Below, piece by piece: positions 26,287 through 35,098 of a stretch of 64,000 nucleotides of DNA. Each line of letters opens with the position of its first letter. Position 1 is the first letter of the stretch. Location: contig CAZFQS010000014.1 of assembly GCA_964521285.1 (NCBI GenBank), forward strand, positions 8,961 to 72,960, in the 5' to 3' direction. This stretch comes from an uncultured Bacteroidales bacterium. GTDB lineage: Bacteria; Bacteroidota; Bacteroidia; Bacteroidales; UBA10428. The notes beneath the pieces were generated by a model, which worked only from the letters and a program-made list of their open reading frames with translations, was not told the origin of the DNA and ran no database searches. The position numbers and the translations under genes were made by a program.

Positions 26287-27066
26287 ATGGATGTAAAAGA
26301 TATAATTAAAGAAGAGAACCTGGTCTTTAAAAAGACCAAATTACTAACTGACAATATTCTTTCATATTGTCCGGGATGCGGTCACGGCGTTGCGCATAGA
26401 ATAACAATGGAAGTAATTGAGGAGATGGGAATAGTAGCGGATACTATTGGAATAGCACCTGTAGGCTGTTCAGTGTTTGCCTATGAATTTATGAATGTTG
26501 ATATGCAGCAGGTACCCCATGGAAGAGCTCCTGCTAACGCCACTGGCATTAAAAGATGCTGGCCTGATAAATTTGTGTTTACCTACCAGGGTGATGGTGA
26601 TCTGGCTGCTATCGGGACATCAGAAACTATTCATGCCTGTAACAGGGGTGAAAACATAACGATCATATTTATTAATAATGGTATATATGGAATGACCGGG
26701 GGTCAGATGGCTCCCACAACACTTGTCGGTATGAAAACATCTACCACTCCTTATGGACGGGATGTTAAACTGATGGGCAACCCAATAAAAATGACCGAGT
26801 TGGTGGCACATCTTCCGGGGACTTATTATGTAACAAGACAGGCAGTCCATACACCCTTAAGTGTGCGTAGAGCCAAAAAAGCGATACAAAAAGCATTTGA
26901 AATTCAAAAAGAAAAAAAAGGATTATCATTTGTTGAAATAGTATCAAACTGTAATTCCGGCTGGAAAATGACACCGGTGGAAGCCAACAAATGGATGGAA
27001 GAGAATATGTTCCCCTTTTATCCGCTCGGAGATATTAAGGTTGACGGTAAAATGGTCAACAAGTAA
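26287..27066 (+). CDS. 2-oxoacid:ferredoxin oxidoreductase beta subunit (TPP-binding)
   Basis: CPGCGHG and the GDGD..NN TPP-binding motif (YQGDGDLAAIG..IFINNGIYGMTGGQ). Confidence 0.85.
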   Translation: MDVKDIIKEENLVFKKTKLLTDNILSYCPGCGHGVAHRITMEVIEEMGIVADTIGIAPVGCSVFAYEFMNVDMQQVPHGRAPANATGIKRCWPDKFVFTYQGDGDLAAIGTSETIHACNRGENITIIFINNGIYGMTGGQMAPTTLVGMKTSTTPYGRDVKLMGNPIKMTELVAHLPGTYYVTRQAVHTPLSVRRAKKAIQKAFEIQKEKKGLSFVEIVSNCNSGWKMTPVEANKWMEENMFPFYPLGDIKVDGKMVNK

Positions 27067-27133
27067 TAATGATTCACTTTTAAATCTAATCGCTTAAATA
27101 TTTAATATTCATAGTAAACTATATTATTAAAAA

Positions 27134-27685
27134 ATGAATGAAGAAATTATAATAGCTGGCTTTGGTGGTCAGGGAATTTTATCAATGGGCAGTATTTTAT
27201 CCTATTCAGGAATAATAGAAAATAGAGAAGTTAGCTGGATGCCTTCTTACGGTCCTGAAATGAGGGGCGGAACAGCTAATGTAACAGTAATTCTTAGCAG
27301 TGAAAGAATTAGCTCTCCTATTCTGAATACATTTGATACAGGTATACTTCTGAATCAGCAGTCACTTGATAAATTTGAGAATGCTATAAAGCCCGGAGGA
27401 TTGTTACTGTATGATACAAATGGTATAACAAGGCACCCGGAACGTACCGACATAAATATATACCAGGTTGAAGCTGTTACTGAAGCCGGTAAAATGGTTA
27501 CATCCAAAACGTTTAACATGATTGTCCTCGGAGCCTATTTGAAAATAAAACCTATAGTAAAATTTGAGAACGTCATTACCGGATTGAAAAAGGCATTGCC
27601 GGAAAGGCATCACCATTTGATCCCATTAAATGAGGAAGCGCTAAAGAGAGGTATGCAGATAGTTAAGGAAGTAATTACTGTCTGA
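27134..27685 (+). CDS. 2-oxoacid:ferredoxin oxidoreductase gamma subunit
   Basis: IIIAGFGGQGILSMG..PSYGPEMRGGTA signature of the OFOR gamma subunit. Confidence 0.85.
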   Translation: MNEEIIIAGFGGQGILSMGSILSYSGIIENREVSWMPSYGPEMRGGTANVTVILSSERISSPILNTFDTGILLNQQSLDKFENAIKPGGLLLYDTNGITRHPERTDINIYQVEAVTEAGKMVTSKTFNMIVLGAYLKIKPIVKFENVITGLKKALPERHHHLIPLNEEALKRGMQIVKEVITV

Positions 27686-27782
27686 ATACCTTTTAGCTCC
27701 TTTTATGCCTGAGTATTAATTTTTTGACTCCTGTAAATATATTTTTTATCTGTTACTTAATAAGCAAAATCACCAGTTACTG

Positions 27783-27796
27783 GTGATACTTATCAT
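27783..27796. promoter_or_regulatory. FNR/CRP-like box GTGAT-ACTT-ATCAT
   Basis: TGAT-N4-ATCA core 70 nt upstream of ORF 27866. Overlaps the 3' arm of palindrome ATCACCAG-TTA-CTGGTGAT (27769-27787). Confidence 0.3.
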
Positions 27797-27865
27797 CAAA
27801 TAAAAATCAATTGCAATTATTTAATGATGTACATTTAAGTGAGGTTAAGTTGAAAAGCCAAAACC

Positions 27866-28477
27866 ATGAAAAGAATTACGATTCTTTTTATAATGGTTTC
27901 AACTATAAATTTCACAGTTAAATCGCAATACGACAGAATAAAAGAGTATTATTCCCATTATGGAATGAATATTTCTCAGATTCATTCCGGTAGTGGACAT
28001 GGTTATGGGATAGTAGTAAATACTAATATTCAAAAAGGAAGAAAATCTCTTGAGGTTGGTGCTATATTTAAGACAAGTGAAAACAAAATAGCTGGAGCCG
28101 ATTTAAGATATAAAATCTTTTTAGGTCATTTTAATGATTTTCTAAAATGTGAAAAATTATTCAGCCCCTATTTTCAGTATAATTTAGTATATCAGAAAGC
28201 GACTGTTGATGCTCCTGTCTTTGTTACTATAGGTAAATCAAGGATAGAACTGCCTTATAACGGACCTGATATTGTAACTACAATAGAACATTATGTGTCA
28301 CTTGGACTGCAATTAAAAATAAATAACCGTTTCTATTTCGATAGCTCTCTGGGATTAGGAATTTATATAGGATCAATTGATAAAAACAATAAACCATCCA
28401 GCTTTGGAATACATAAAGAAAACTACGGATTTACGGCTTCTTATAAATTGGGTGGGGGCTACAGATTTAATAAATAA
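27866..28477 (+). CDS. Putative outer-membrane beta-barrel protein
   Basis: Signal peptide, alternating hydrophobic beta-strand pattern and a C-terminal GGGYRF-type aromatic terminus. Confidence 0.5.
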   Translation: MKRITILFIMVSTINFTVKSQYDRIKEYYSHYGMNISQIHSGSGHGYGIVVNTNIQKGRKSLEVGAIFKTSENKIAGADLRYKIFLGHFNDFLKCEKLFSPYFQYNLVYQKATVDAPVFVTIGKSRIELPYNGPDIVTTIEHYVSLGLQLKINNRFYFDSSLGLGIYIGSIDKNNKPSSFGIHKENYGFTASYKLGGGYRFNK

Positions 28478-28650
28478 TTGCCTGGTTGCATAAACAATGC
28501 ACTTCATAATAAATACTGTGTCACTTATAACTTTAATTTAATGATTGAAAAGCCAATATTAAATTTGACTTTTTGAAAGGAGTTTTTAAATTTAAAATCG
28601 AAGACATTAAGATAAGATTATTGAATAATACATAGAAACCAAACCTAAAT

Positions 28651-29187
28651 ATGACAGATAATTCTTTAATAAACTTTGAGGCATTTTTTAAGATTACTTA
28701 TGGTTTGTATATTGTTAGTTCAAGGTTAAATGATAAATTAAACGGATTCATTTCTAATTCAGTAGTTCAGATAACAGCTGAGCCGGTCCAGTTTGCTGTT
28801 TGTTGTCACAAAGACAATTATACTTCTTTACACATTAAAGAAAGTAAGGTTTTTTCTATATCTGTTTTGCATAAAGATACCAGGGCGGAACTGATTGGAC
28901 TGTTTGGTTATAAAAGTGGAAGAGATATAAATAAATTTGAAAGTGTAAATTATATAACAGGTAAAACCGGTGTACCAATTGTTATAGATGATACCATTGC
29001 CTGGATTGAATGTGAGTTAAGACAGACTTATGATGTAGGAACTCATTTGTTATTTGCAGGAGAAGTAGTAAAGAACGATATAATTGATTCGGAAAAGGAG
29101 CCCCTGACATATGCCTATTACAGAGAAGTGAGGAAGGGATTTGCTCCTAAAAATGCACCGACATTTATTGATAAGAGTAAGTTATAA
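28651..29187 (+). CDS. Flavin reductase-like (FMN-binding split-barrel) protein
   Basis: 178 aa. Motifs YGLYIVSS..NGFISNSVVQITAEP and GTHLLFAGEVV are typical of the flavin reductase domain family. Confidence 0.7.
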   Translation: MTDNSLINFEAFFKITYGLYIVSSRLNDKLNGFISNSVVQITAEPVQFAVCCHKDNYTSLHIKESKVFSISVLHKDTRAELIGLFGYKSGRDINKFESVNYITGKTGVPIVIDDTIAWIECELRQTYDVGTHLLFAGEVVKNDIIDSEKEPLTYAYYREVRKGFAPKNAPTFIDKSKL

Positions 29188-30432
29188 TTTAACAAATTCC
29201 ACTCTTCTGTTATTTGCTTTACCTTCGGCAGTGCTATTCATGTCAATAGGTTTGCTTTCACCCCAGCCTCTGGAGGTTAACCGGTCTTTTGATATACCCA
29301 TTGTTATCAGTTTATTCATAACTGTAAGGGCTCTGTCTTCTGACAATTTCTGGTTAAAATCATTATCGCCATCACTGTCAGTATGCCCCTCGACACTGAA
29401 TTTCAAATCCGTATGCTCGTTCATTAAGTCATAGATTTCATTAATTACACCCATCGACTCAGGCTTAAGTGTGGCTCTGCCAACATCAAACCGGATACCA
29501 CTGGCTATTATTTTTCCATCCTGAAGTACACGATCATAATATTTGACTCCTCCTTCTGCTATCCTGATGTTTTTAATATAATAATGCCTGTCATTTGAGG
29601 CCCAGTAGCAATCTATAGAGATACCTGTAGGATTAATATCAAGACGGGGTATGTTTATCAGGCGGACATCATCCATATAGGCTTTAAACTTTCCTTTTGT
29701 ATAAGCCATAGACACATGCACCCACCTTCTTTCCTCAATATTTTCAGACGGATAGACACTTGATATACTGCCTATTTTCATTCTTTCATGTGTAATACTA
29801 AGTGTTTCCTGATATCCATCCGGGGGACGTTGATTTTTCCTGTCCCATAAATGAACCTCAGAGCCGTTTGGTTCAACATACAAGTCAAATTCAACAGTGA
29901 AAACGTCTGGTAAATAATCCTTTTCTGAATTCTCTATGTATGGCACAATAACCGGTGTTCCGCCCCTGAACATAATAACTTTTTCACCCCCGAATTCAGC
30001 TACTTCAGCATTACCCCTGTACAAATCCCAGCGTGATGGAAACTCCCCGTTTTCCTCACCAACCAGATTATCTTCAAATATAATCTTATCCCCCGGAACA
30101 AAATCGAATTTTGACCACATAAGCTCAGGTGATGATTTTACTGCTGAAACATCAGCTGCCTGTTCTGAAGATTCTGCATCTGTTTGTTGTTGTGTTTCCG
30201 TAGTACCTGATTTACTTTCATCGTCTGATGTTTCTGTTTCTTCATCTTTTTGCTTAAAAATATTACCAATGCCTTCTTCAACTTCATCGAATCCTTCATC
30301 TATAGTCTGATCAGTTTTTCGATCAATACGCTGCTCTGATTTTCTTTTTAGCTTATCCTTCAGGTCAATCTGGCTATAGGAAAAACTCAGAATACCAAAA
30401 ATAAGTAGAGTTAATAAAAGTAACTTTTTCAT
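29182..30432 (-). CDS. OmpA-family protein with acidic linker and jelly-roll-like middle domain
   Basis: Signal peptide. C-terminal OmpA_C motifs (GHTDSDGDNDFNQKLSEDRA..NRRVEF). Confidence 0.8.
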   Translation of the reverse strand: MKKLLLLTLLIFGILSFSYSQIDLKDKLKRKSEQRIDRKTDQTIDEGFDEVEEGIGNIFKQKDEETETSDDESKSGTTETQQQTDAESSEQAADVSAVKSSPELMWSKFDFVPGDKIIFEDNLVGEENGEFPSRWDLYRGNAEVAEFGGEKVIMFRGGTPVIVPYIENSEKDYLPDVFTVEFDLYVEPNGSEVHLWDRKNQRPPDGYQETLSITHERMKIGSISSVYPSENIEERRWVHVSMAYTKGKFKAYMDDVRLINIPRLDINPTGISIDCYWASNDRHYYIKNIRIAEGGVKYYDRVLQDGKIIASGIRFDVGRATLKPESMGVINEIYDLMNEHTDLKFSVEGHTDSDGDNDFNQKLSEDRALTVMNKLITMGISKDRLTSRGWGESKPIDMNSTAEGKANNRRVEFVKL

Positions 30433-30641
30433 TCTATTATAGTTTTAATTTTGGGCTCTTTGTATAACTATAAACAAATTTATAAAATCTTTTTATACAA
30501 CCAGTGAATCTATTGGACATAATAATCGTCTTTCCTATTGCAATGATTCTCCATAATTCTTTAATAAAGAATATATAAATAAATATTTATCTATTTTAGC
30601 TATTAAAATTAATAATCAGTAAGAATTCAGTAGTTTGTTAT

Positions 30642-31292
30642 ATGATAGATGCAATTATTTTCGACAATGAAGGTGTAGTTGCTGATACTGAACCTGTTTG
30701 GGATAAAGAACAGGAGATATTTCTGGGAAGAAGAGGGATTGTATACAAAAAGGATAGAATTAAACATTTACTGAGCGGCAGAAGTATAACAGACGGAGTA
30801 AAGATTTTGAAACAGGAATATAATTTAACCGGAGATGAAATGGTTTTATCTGATGAAAGATATGCGATAGTAAAGAATCTGCTCAAGTCAGATATATATT
30901 TTATTGAAGGATTTATGGAATTTTATGAACTTGTAAAACATAAATATAAGACCTGTATAGCAACCTCAATGGACGAAGAATTATTAAATATTATCGATAA
31001 AAAGCTTTTATTAAATGAATTATTTAACAAAAATATTTATACATTAAAACATGTCAGCTACAAATCCAAGCCATGTCCTGATATTTTCTTATATGCGGCA
31101 AAAGAATTGAAGTCAAGTCCTTATAATTGCCTGGTGATTGAAGATTCCCCAAATGGTATAGATGCAGCCCGGGAAGCGGGCATGAAATGTATCGGACTGG
31201 CAACTACTTACTCTGATGAAAAATTAAAAAATGCAGATTTGATAGTAAAATCCTTTAGCGAGATTAATATAGAAAAATTAAAATTAATTTGA
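30642..31292 (+). CDS. HAD-superfamily hydrolase (beta-phosphoglucomutase-like subfamily IA)
   Basis: Motif I IIFDNEGVVADT, motif II ATS, motif IV EDSPNGIDAAREAG. Confidence 0.8.
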   Translation: MIDAIIFDNEGVVADTEPVWDKEQEIFLGRRGIVYKKDRIKHLLSGRSITDGVKILKQEYNLTGDEMVLSDERYAIVKNLLKSDIYFIEGFMEFYELVKHKYKTCIATSMDEELLNIIDKKLLLNELFNKNIYTLKHVSYKSKPCPDIFLYAAKELKSSPYNCLVIEDSPNGIDAAREAGMKCIGLATTYSDEKLKNADLIVKSFSEINIEKLKLI

Positions 31293-31375
31293 TTTTCCTG
31301 CTTTCTTTTTTTTGTGATTAGTGGCTATTCGCATTGAAAAGAATCTGAATGATCTATTTTTTATGATTTATATAA

Positions 31376-31951
31376 CTAGCTGTCATATAGATGCTTCTTA
31401 AGAATATATTTATATACTTCCCCGGGTAAAAAGTATTTCACATTTTTCCCTTGTTTCAACGCTTTTCTTATAAAGCTTGAGGATACTTCTATTAATGGTG
31501 CCTCAATGACTTTTATATTTTTATGTTCTTTTAAGTTAATATTTTCAAATCCCGGTCGGGGATATATATAGCGTTGATAGTTTTTAGTTATTTCTTCGTG
31601 ATTCTTCCATTTATGGAATGTAGGCAGTACATCTGATCCCATTATTAATACATAATAAAAGCTTGGATTTTTTTCTTTTAAATATGTTAATGTATCTATG
31701 GTATATGAAGGTTTGGGAAGCCTGAATTCGATGTCACAAATCTGAAATTTATGATCTTCGCCAATTGCTTTTTTTAGAAGTTCATACCGGTCATAGTCTT
31801 CAAGCAAGGCGGCTTTTCTTTTAAGAGGATTTTGCGGACTCAGTACAAACCAGAGTTGATCAATATCAGTAAATTCCACAATGTAATTTGCAATAGCCAG
31901 GTGGCCAATATGCACGGGATTAAATGATCCGAAGTAAAGCCCGACTTTCAT
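31376..31951 (-). CDS. nadD: Nicotinate-nucleotide adenylyltransferase
   Basis: GSFNPVHIGH nucleotidyltransferase motif and ISSSFIR; 191 aa. Confidence 0.9.
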   Translation of the reverse strand: MKVGLYFGSFNPVHIGHLAIANYIVEFTDIDQLWFVLSPQNPLKRKAALLEDYDRYELLKKAIGEDHKFQICDIEFRLPKPSYTIDTLTYLKEKNPSFYYVLIMGSDVLPTFHKWKNHEEITKNYQRYIYPRPGFENINLKEHKNIKVIEAPLIEVSSSFIRKALKQGKNVKYFLPGEVYKYILKKHLYDS

Positions 31952-31961
31952 TACAAAAATC

Positions 31962-32531
31962 TTAATTGTTAAGAAATTCTCTCACGATCTCTTCAGCTTT
32001 CTTTAATGCATAATCCAAATCTTTATTAATAATAATTTTATCAAACTTATTTGCAAATCTCATTTCATAATTTGCTTTTTCCAGTCTTTTCTGGATTTTT
32101 TTCTCTGAGTCAGTTCCGCGACTCTCCAGTCTTTTGCAGAGCTCTTCAATAGAAGGGGGCATTACAAAAACAGCCAGTGCATCATTTCCAAACTGGCTTT
32201 TTATATTTATTCCACCCCTTACATCTATATCAAAAATTATATTGTTATTATTTGCTTTAATTCTGGCTATCTCACTTCTCATTGTGCCGTAATATTGATT
32301 TTTATAGACTTCTTCCCATTCTATAAAAGCATTATCTTCTATCTTAGCCTGGAACTCATCGACAGTAAGAAAATAATAATCCTTGTTATTTACTTCATTA
32401 TCTCTCCTCTTACGCGTACAGGCTGATATTGAAAATTCGAGTCTAAAGTCTTTAATATTCAATAGGTGTTTGACAATGGTGGTCTTGCCAGCACCTGAAG
32501 GAGCAGAAAATATTATTAGTTTTCCCGCCAT
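31962..32531 (-). CDS. gmk: Guanylate kinase
   Basis: P-loop SAPSGAGKTT and YYFLTVDEF..EVYKNQYYGT motifs. Confidence 0.9.
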   Translation of the reverse strand: MAGKLIIFSAPSGAGKTTIVKHLLNIKDFRLEFSISACTRKRRDNEVNNKDYYFLTVDEFQAKIEDNAFIEWEEVYKNQYYGTMRSEIARIKANNNNIIFDIDVRGGINIKSQFGNDALAVFVMPPSIEELCKRLESRGTDSEKKIQKRLEKANYEMRFANKFDKIIINKDLDYALKKAEEIVREFLNN

Positions 32532-32542
32532 ACGTTTTATTT

Positions 32543-33424
32543 TTATAAAATATTATTTAATTGTTCTTTTATCTTTTCCAGTTCATCTTTCATCATTACA
32601 ATCAGCTTTTGTATATCAAAATCATTTGCTTTTGCTCCCATAGTATTAATTTCCCTGCCCATCTCCTGAGATATAAAACTAAGCTTTTTACCAACAGGTT
32701 CATCTTTATTCTCATTCATTACATCCCTGAAATATTTGCAGTGGTTTTTTAACCTTATTTTTTCTTCAGTTATATCCAGTTTTTCAAGATAATATATAAG
32801 TTCCTGTTCAAATCTTGTAAGATCAATGTTTTCCTTACTTACCCATTCGTTCAAATTACCGGTTAATCTTTTTTTAATATTTTCAATTCTCTTATTCTCG
32901 AATTTATTGATTTTTTCCAGATAATTTTCTATCAGGTCTACCCGGTGGGATAAGTCCCTGCTTAAGGCTATTCCTTCCTGTATTCTGAAATTGTCCAGTT
33001 CATCAATACTACTTTTCATTGAATCCATAATTGATTTCCATTCTTCAAAATCCAGTTCTTCGTTTTCTGTTTTAAGCACTTCCGGTAATCGCATTATTAT
33101 TTGTAAAAGTGGTTCCGGGCTATTAATATCCAAATCTTTGCTCATTGATTGTAATTGCTTATAATAGTTTTTTGCAATATCTGAATTAATTATTGATGCA
33201 CGTTCTTTATCCGAATATTCGATATTTATTGTTAATTCCACTTTCCCCCGTTTTAGCAGATTTATTAATATATTTCTCAGTTCCAGGTCTTTTTCCCGGT
33301 AAAGATTAGGTAATCTAGTATAAATGTCTAATTGTTTGCTGTTTAAAGATTTCAGTTCTATTGATACAGTCTTGTTTTTTAGTTTACATTCGGCCTTACC
33401 ATAGCCGGTCATTGATTTTATCAT
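32543..33424 (-). CDS. yicC: YicC-family stress-induced protein
   Basis: N-terminal SMTGYGKAE and C-terminal FISQEMGREINTMGAKAN signatures. Confidence 0.85.
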   Translation of the reverse strand: MIKSMTGYGKAECKLKNKTVSIELKSLNSKQLDIYTRLPNLYREKDLELRNILINLLKRGKVELTINIEYSDKERASIINSDIAKNYYKQLQSMSKDLDINSPEPLLQIIMRLPEVLKTENEELDFEEWKSIMDSMKSSIDELDNFRIQEGIALSRDLSHRVDLIENYLEKINKFENKRIENIKKRLTGNLNEWVSKENIDLTRFEQELIYYLEKLDITEEKIRLKNHCKYFRDVMNENKDEPVGKKLSFISQEMGREINTMGAKANDFDIQKLIVMMKDELEKIKEQLNNIL

Positions 33425-33522
33425 TACTTATTATAATATCTTAATAAAATGAAAATTTTATATTGAACTAATCAAAGTTAAAATTTTGTTATGAAATGAG
33501 CATAAAAATTTAGCTATTATAT

Positions 33523-34890
33523 TTAGGTCGGGGCTACTGTTAGGCCTGTACTCTCTATTTTTTTGACAATAACTTTTGATTTCCATTTGCCGGTTAAATA
33601 ATATAGTATTGAGAATAACATACCTGTGAACCATGATGCAGGAGAGGACCACCATATTCCATTTGTGCCGATTATACCTGATAAAAGAAAGGCTAATGGT
33701 ATTCTTATTAACCATAAGGCTATTAATGTTATGAACATTGGAATTAAGGTATCCCCGGCCCCTCTCATTACACCGTTGAAAGTAAACATTACACTGAACA
33801 ATAAATAAAATGTAGCTGTAATTATCAAATATTCTGTCCCGACACGGATTACTTCTTCATTATCTGTAAAGAAGTGCATTAATATATTTCGAAATGAAAT
33901 AATAATAACAGCTATCCCTATTGAAATTAATGAAGATATAAGCAGAGTAGCTCTCAGTCCGACCTTTACCCGGTCAGTTTTAAATGCTCCCATATTCTGG
34001 CCAACAAAAGCAGCAAGGGCTTGGCTTAGTGTAATTGAAGGAAGGATTGCCAGGTTACCGATCGTACCAGCTGCCGTGTAGGCAGAAGTAACTCCGGTCC
34101 CGAATTCATTTACAACTCTGTATAAAGCAATCATCCCAATTGCTACAAAAGTCTGCTGTAATCCTGCAGGGACACCAATTTTCACACTCTGGTAGAATAT
34201 CTTTCTATCGAACTTCAGCTTGAGAAAGTTTATATTAATTAGCTTGTGAGTTTTATTTAAATATATTATTGCTGTTATGAAAGCCCCAAGATGTGATATT
34301 ATCGTGGCAACAGCTGCACCGGCAACTCCCCACCTGAATACAATTACAAATAATAAATCAAGGAATATATTAAAGATTGATGCAATGATTAAAAAGTACA
34401 GTGGTGTTTTTGAATCCCCAAGACCTCTCAATATAGCGCTGGTTCCGTTAAAACCAAAAAAAACAACTATGCCCAGAGCAATTGTATTAAAATAAACCTT
34501 TGCATAAGGAATAACTTCTTCAGGAAGTTTTGTTAGCCGAAAAATACCTTCACTAAATATTATACCTGTAGCTGAAAGAATAATTGCAGCTATGAAAAAA
34601 AAGAAATAGAGAGTATTTATAGCTTTTTTGACATTATTATAGTCTTTTGCTCCAAAATACTGGGAAATGACAATAGTACCTCCTGCACCTATACCTATAC
34701 TGAAGGATATTAAGGCAAACAGGATTGGGAATGAAGCTCCAACAGCAGCCAAGGCTTTTTCACTAATTACCTGGCCTACAATTATTCTATCAGTTACATT
34801 ATATAATTGCTGAAATAGATTACCAAGAAGCATTGGTGTTGCAAACCTGAGTATTAATCCAGCTTCATTACCTGTTGTAAAATCTTTCAT
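33523..34890 (-). CDS. MATE-family efflux transporter
   Basis: 455 aa with 12 TM helices. N-terminal ILRFATPMLLGNLFQQLYNVTDRIIVG is typical of the MATE family. Confidence 0.85.
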   Translation of the reverse strand: MKDFTTGNEAGLILRFATPMLLGNLFQQLYNVTDRIIVGQVISEKALAAVGASFPILFALISFSIGIGAGGTIVISQYFGAKDYNNVKKAINTLYFFFFIAAIILSATGIIFSEGIFRLTKLPEEVIPYAKVYFNTIALGIVVFFGFNGTSAILRGLGDSKTPLYFLIIASIFNIFLDLLFVIVFRWGVAGAAVATIISHLGAFITAIIYLNKTHKLININFLKLKFDRKIFYQSVKIGVPAGLQQTFVAIGMIALYRVVNEFGTGVTSAYTAAGTIGNLAILPSITLSQALAAFVGQNMGAFKTDRVKVGLRATLLISSLISIGIAVIIISFRNILMHFFTDNEEVIRVGTEYLIITATFYLLFSVMFTFNGVMRGAGDTLIPMFITLIALWLIRIPLAFLLSGIIGTNGIWWSSPASWFTGMLFSILYYLTGKWKSKVIVKKIESTGLTVAPT

Positions 34891-35047
34891 TTAGACATGT
34901 CAACTTTGAAAAAGTCCAAAGGTCATTATTTAATTGTAAACCACAAAATATTATTTATATACTTTTTTTCAAAGGCGGGATTATAATATTTTAAAGCTTA
35001 TGTTAAAATTTTATCTTTGGAAAACAGAGTATTAAACTTATTCATTT

Positions 35048-35055
35048 TAAATTTG
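35048..35055 (+). promoter_or_regulatory. Candidate -7 element TAAATTTG (TAnnTTTG)
   Basis: Exact pattern match 44 nt upstream of the pyk ATG. Motif match only. Confidence 0.25.
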
Positions 35056-35098
35056 ACTTATATTGAATTATTATTCCTAAAGATCTCAATTAAAAACT

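Noticed and set aside
29182-29187. Tail-to-tail overlapping stop codons (TTATAA) of the flavin reductase and OmpA genes; a similar case occurs at 47511-47514
   Set aside because: This is a trivial consequence of compact convergent genes in AT-rich DNA, with no additional structure.
29141-30310. Plus-strand ORFs (97 aa, 124 aa) opposite the OmpA-family gene
   Set aside because: These are Ser/Pro-rich shadow translations of the acidic linker region. The minus strand has a signal peptide and an OmpA_C domain.
33458-33715. 85-aa minus-strand ORF overlapping the 3' end of the MATE transporter gene
   Set aside because: It sits in a different frame over the last TM helices of a well-supported gene and has no independent evidence.
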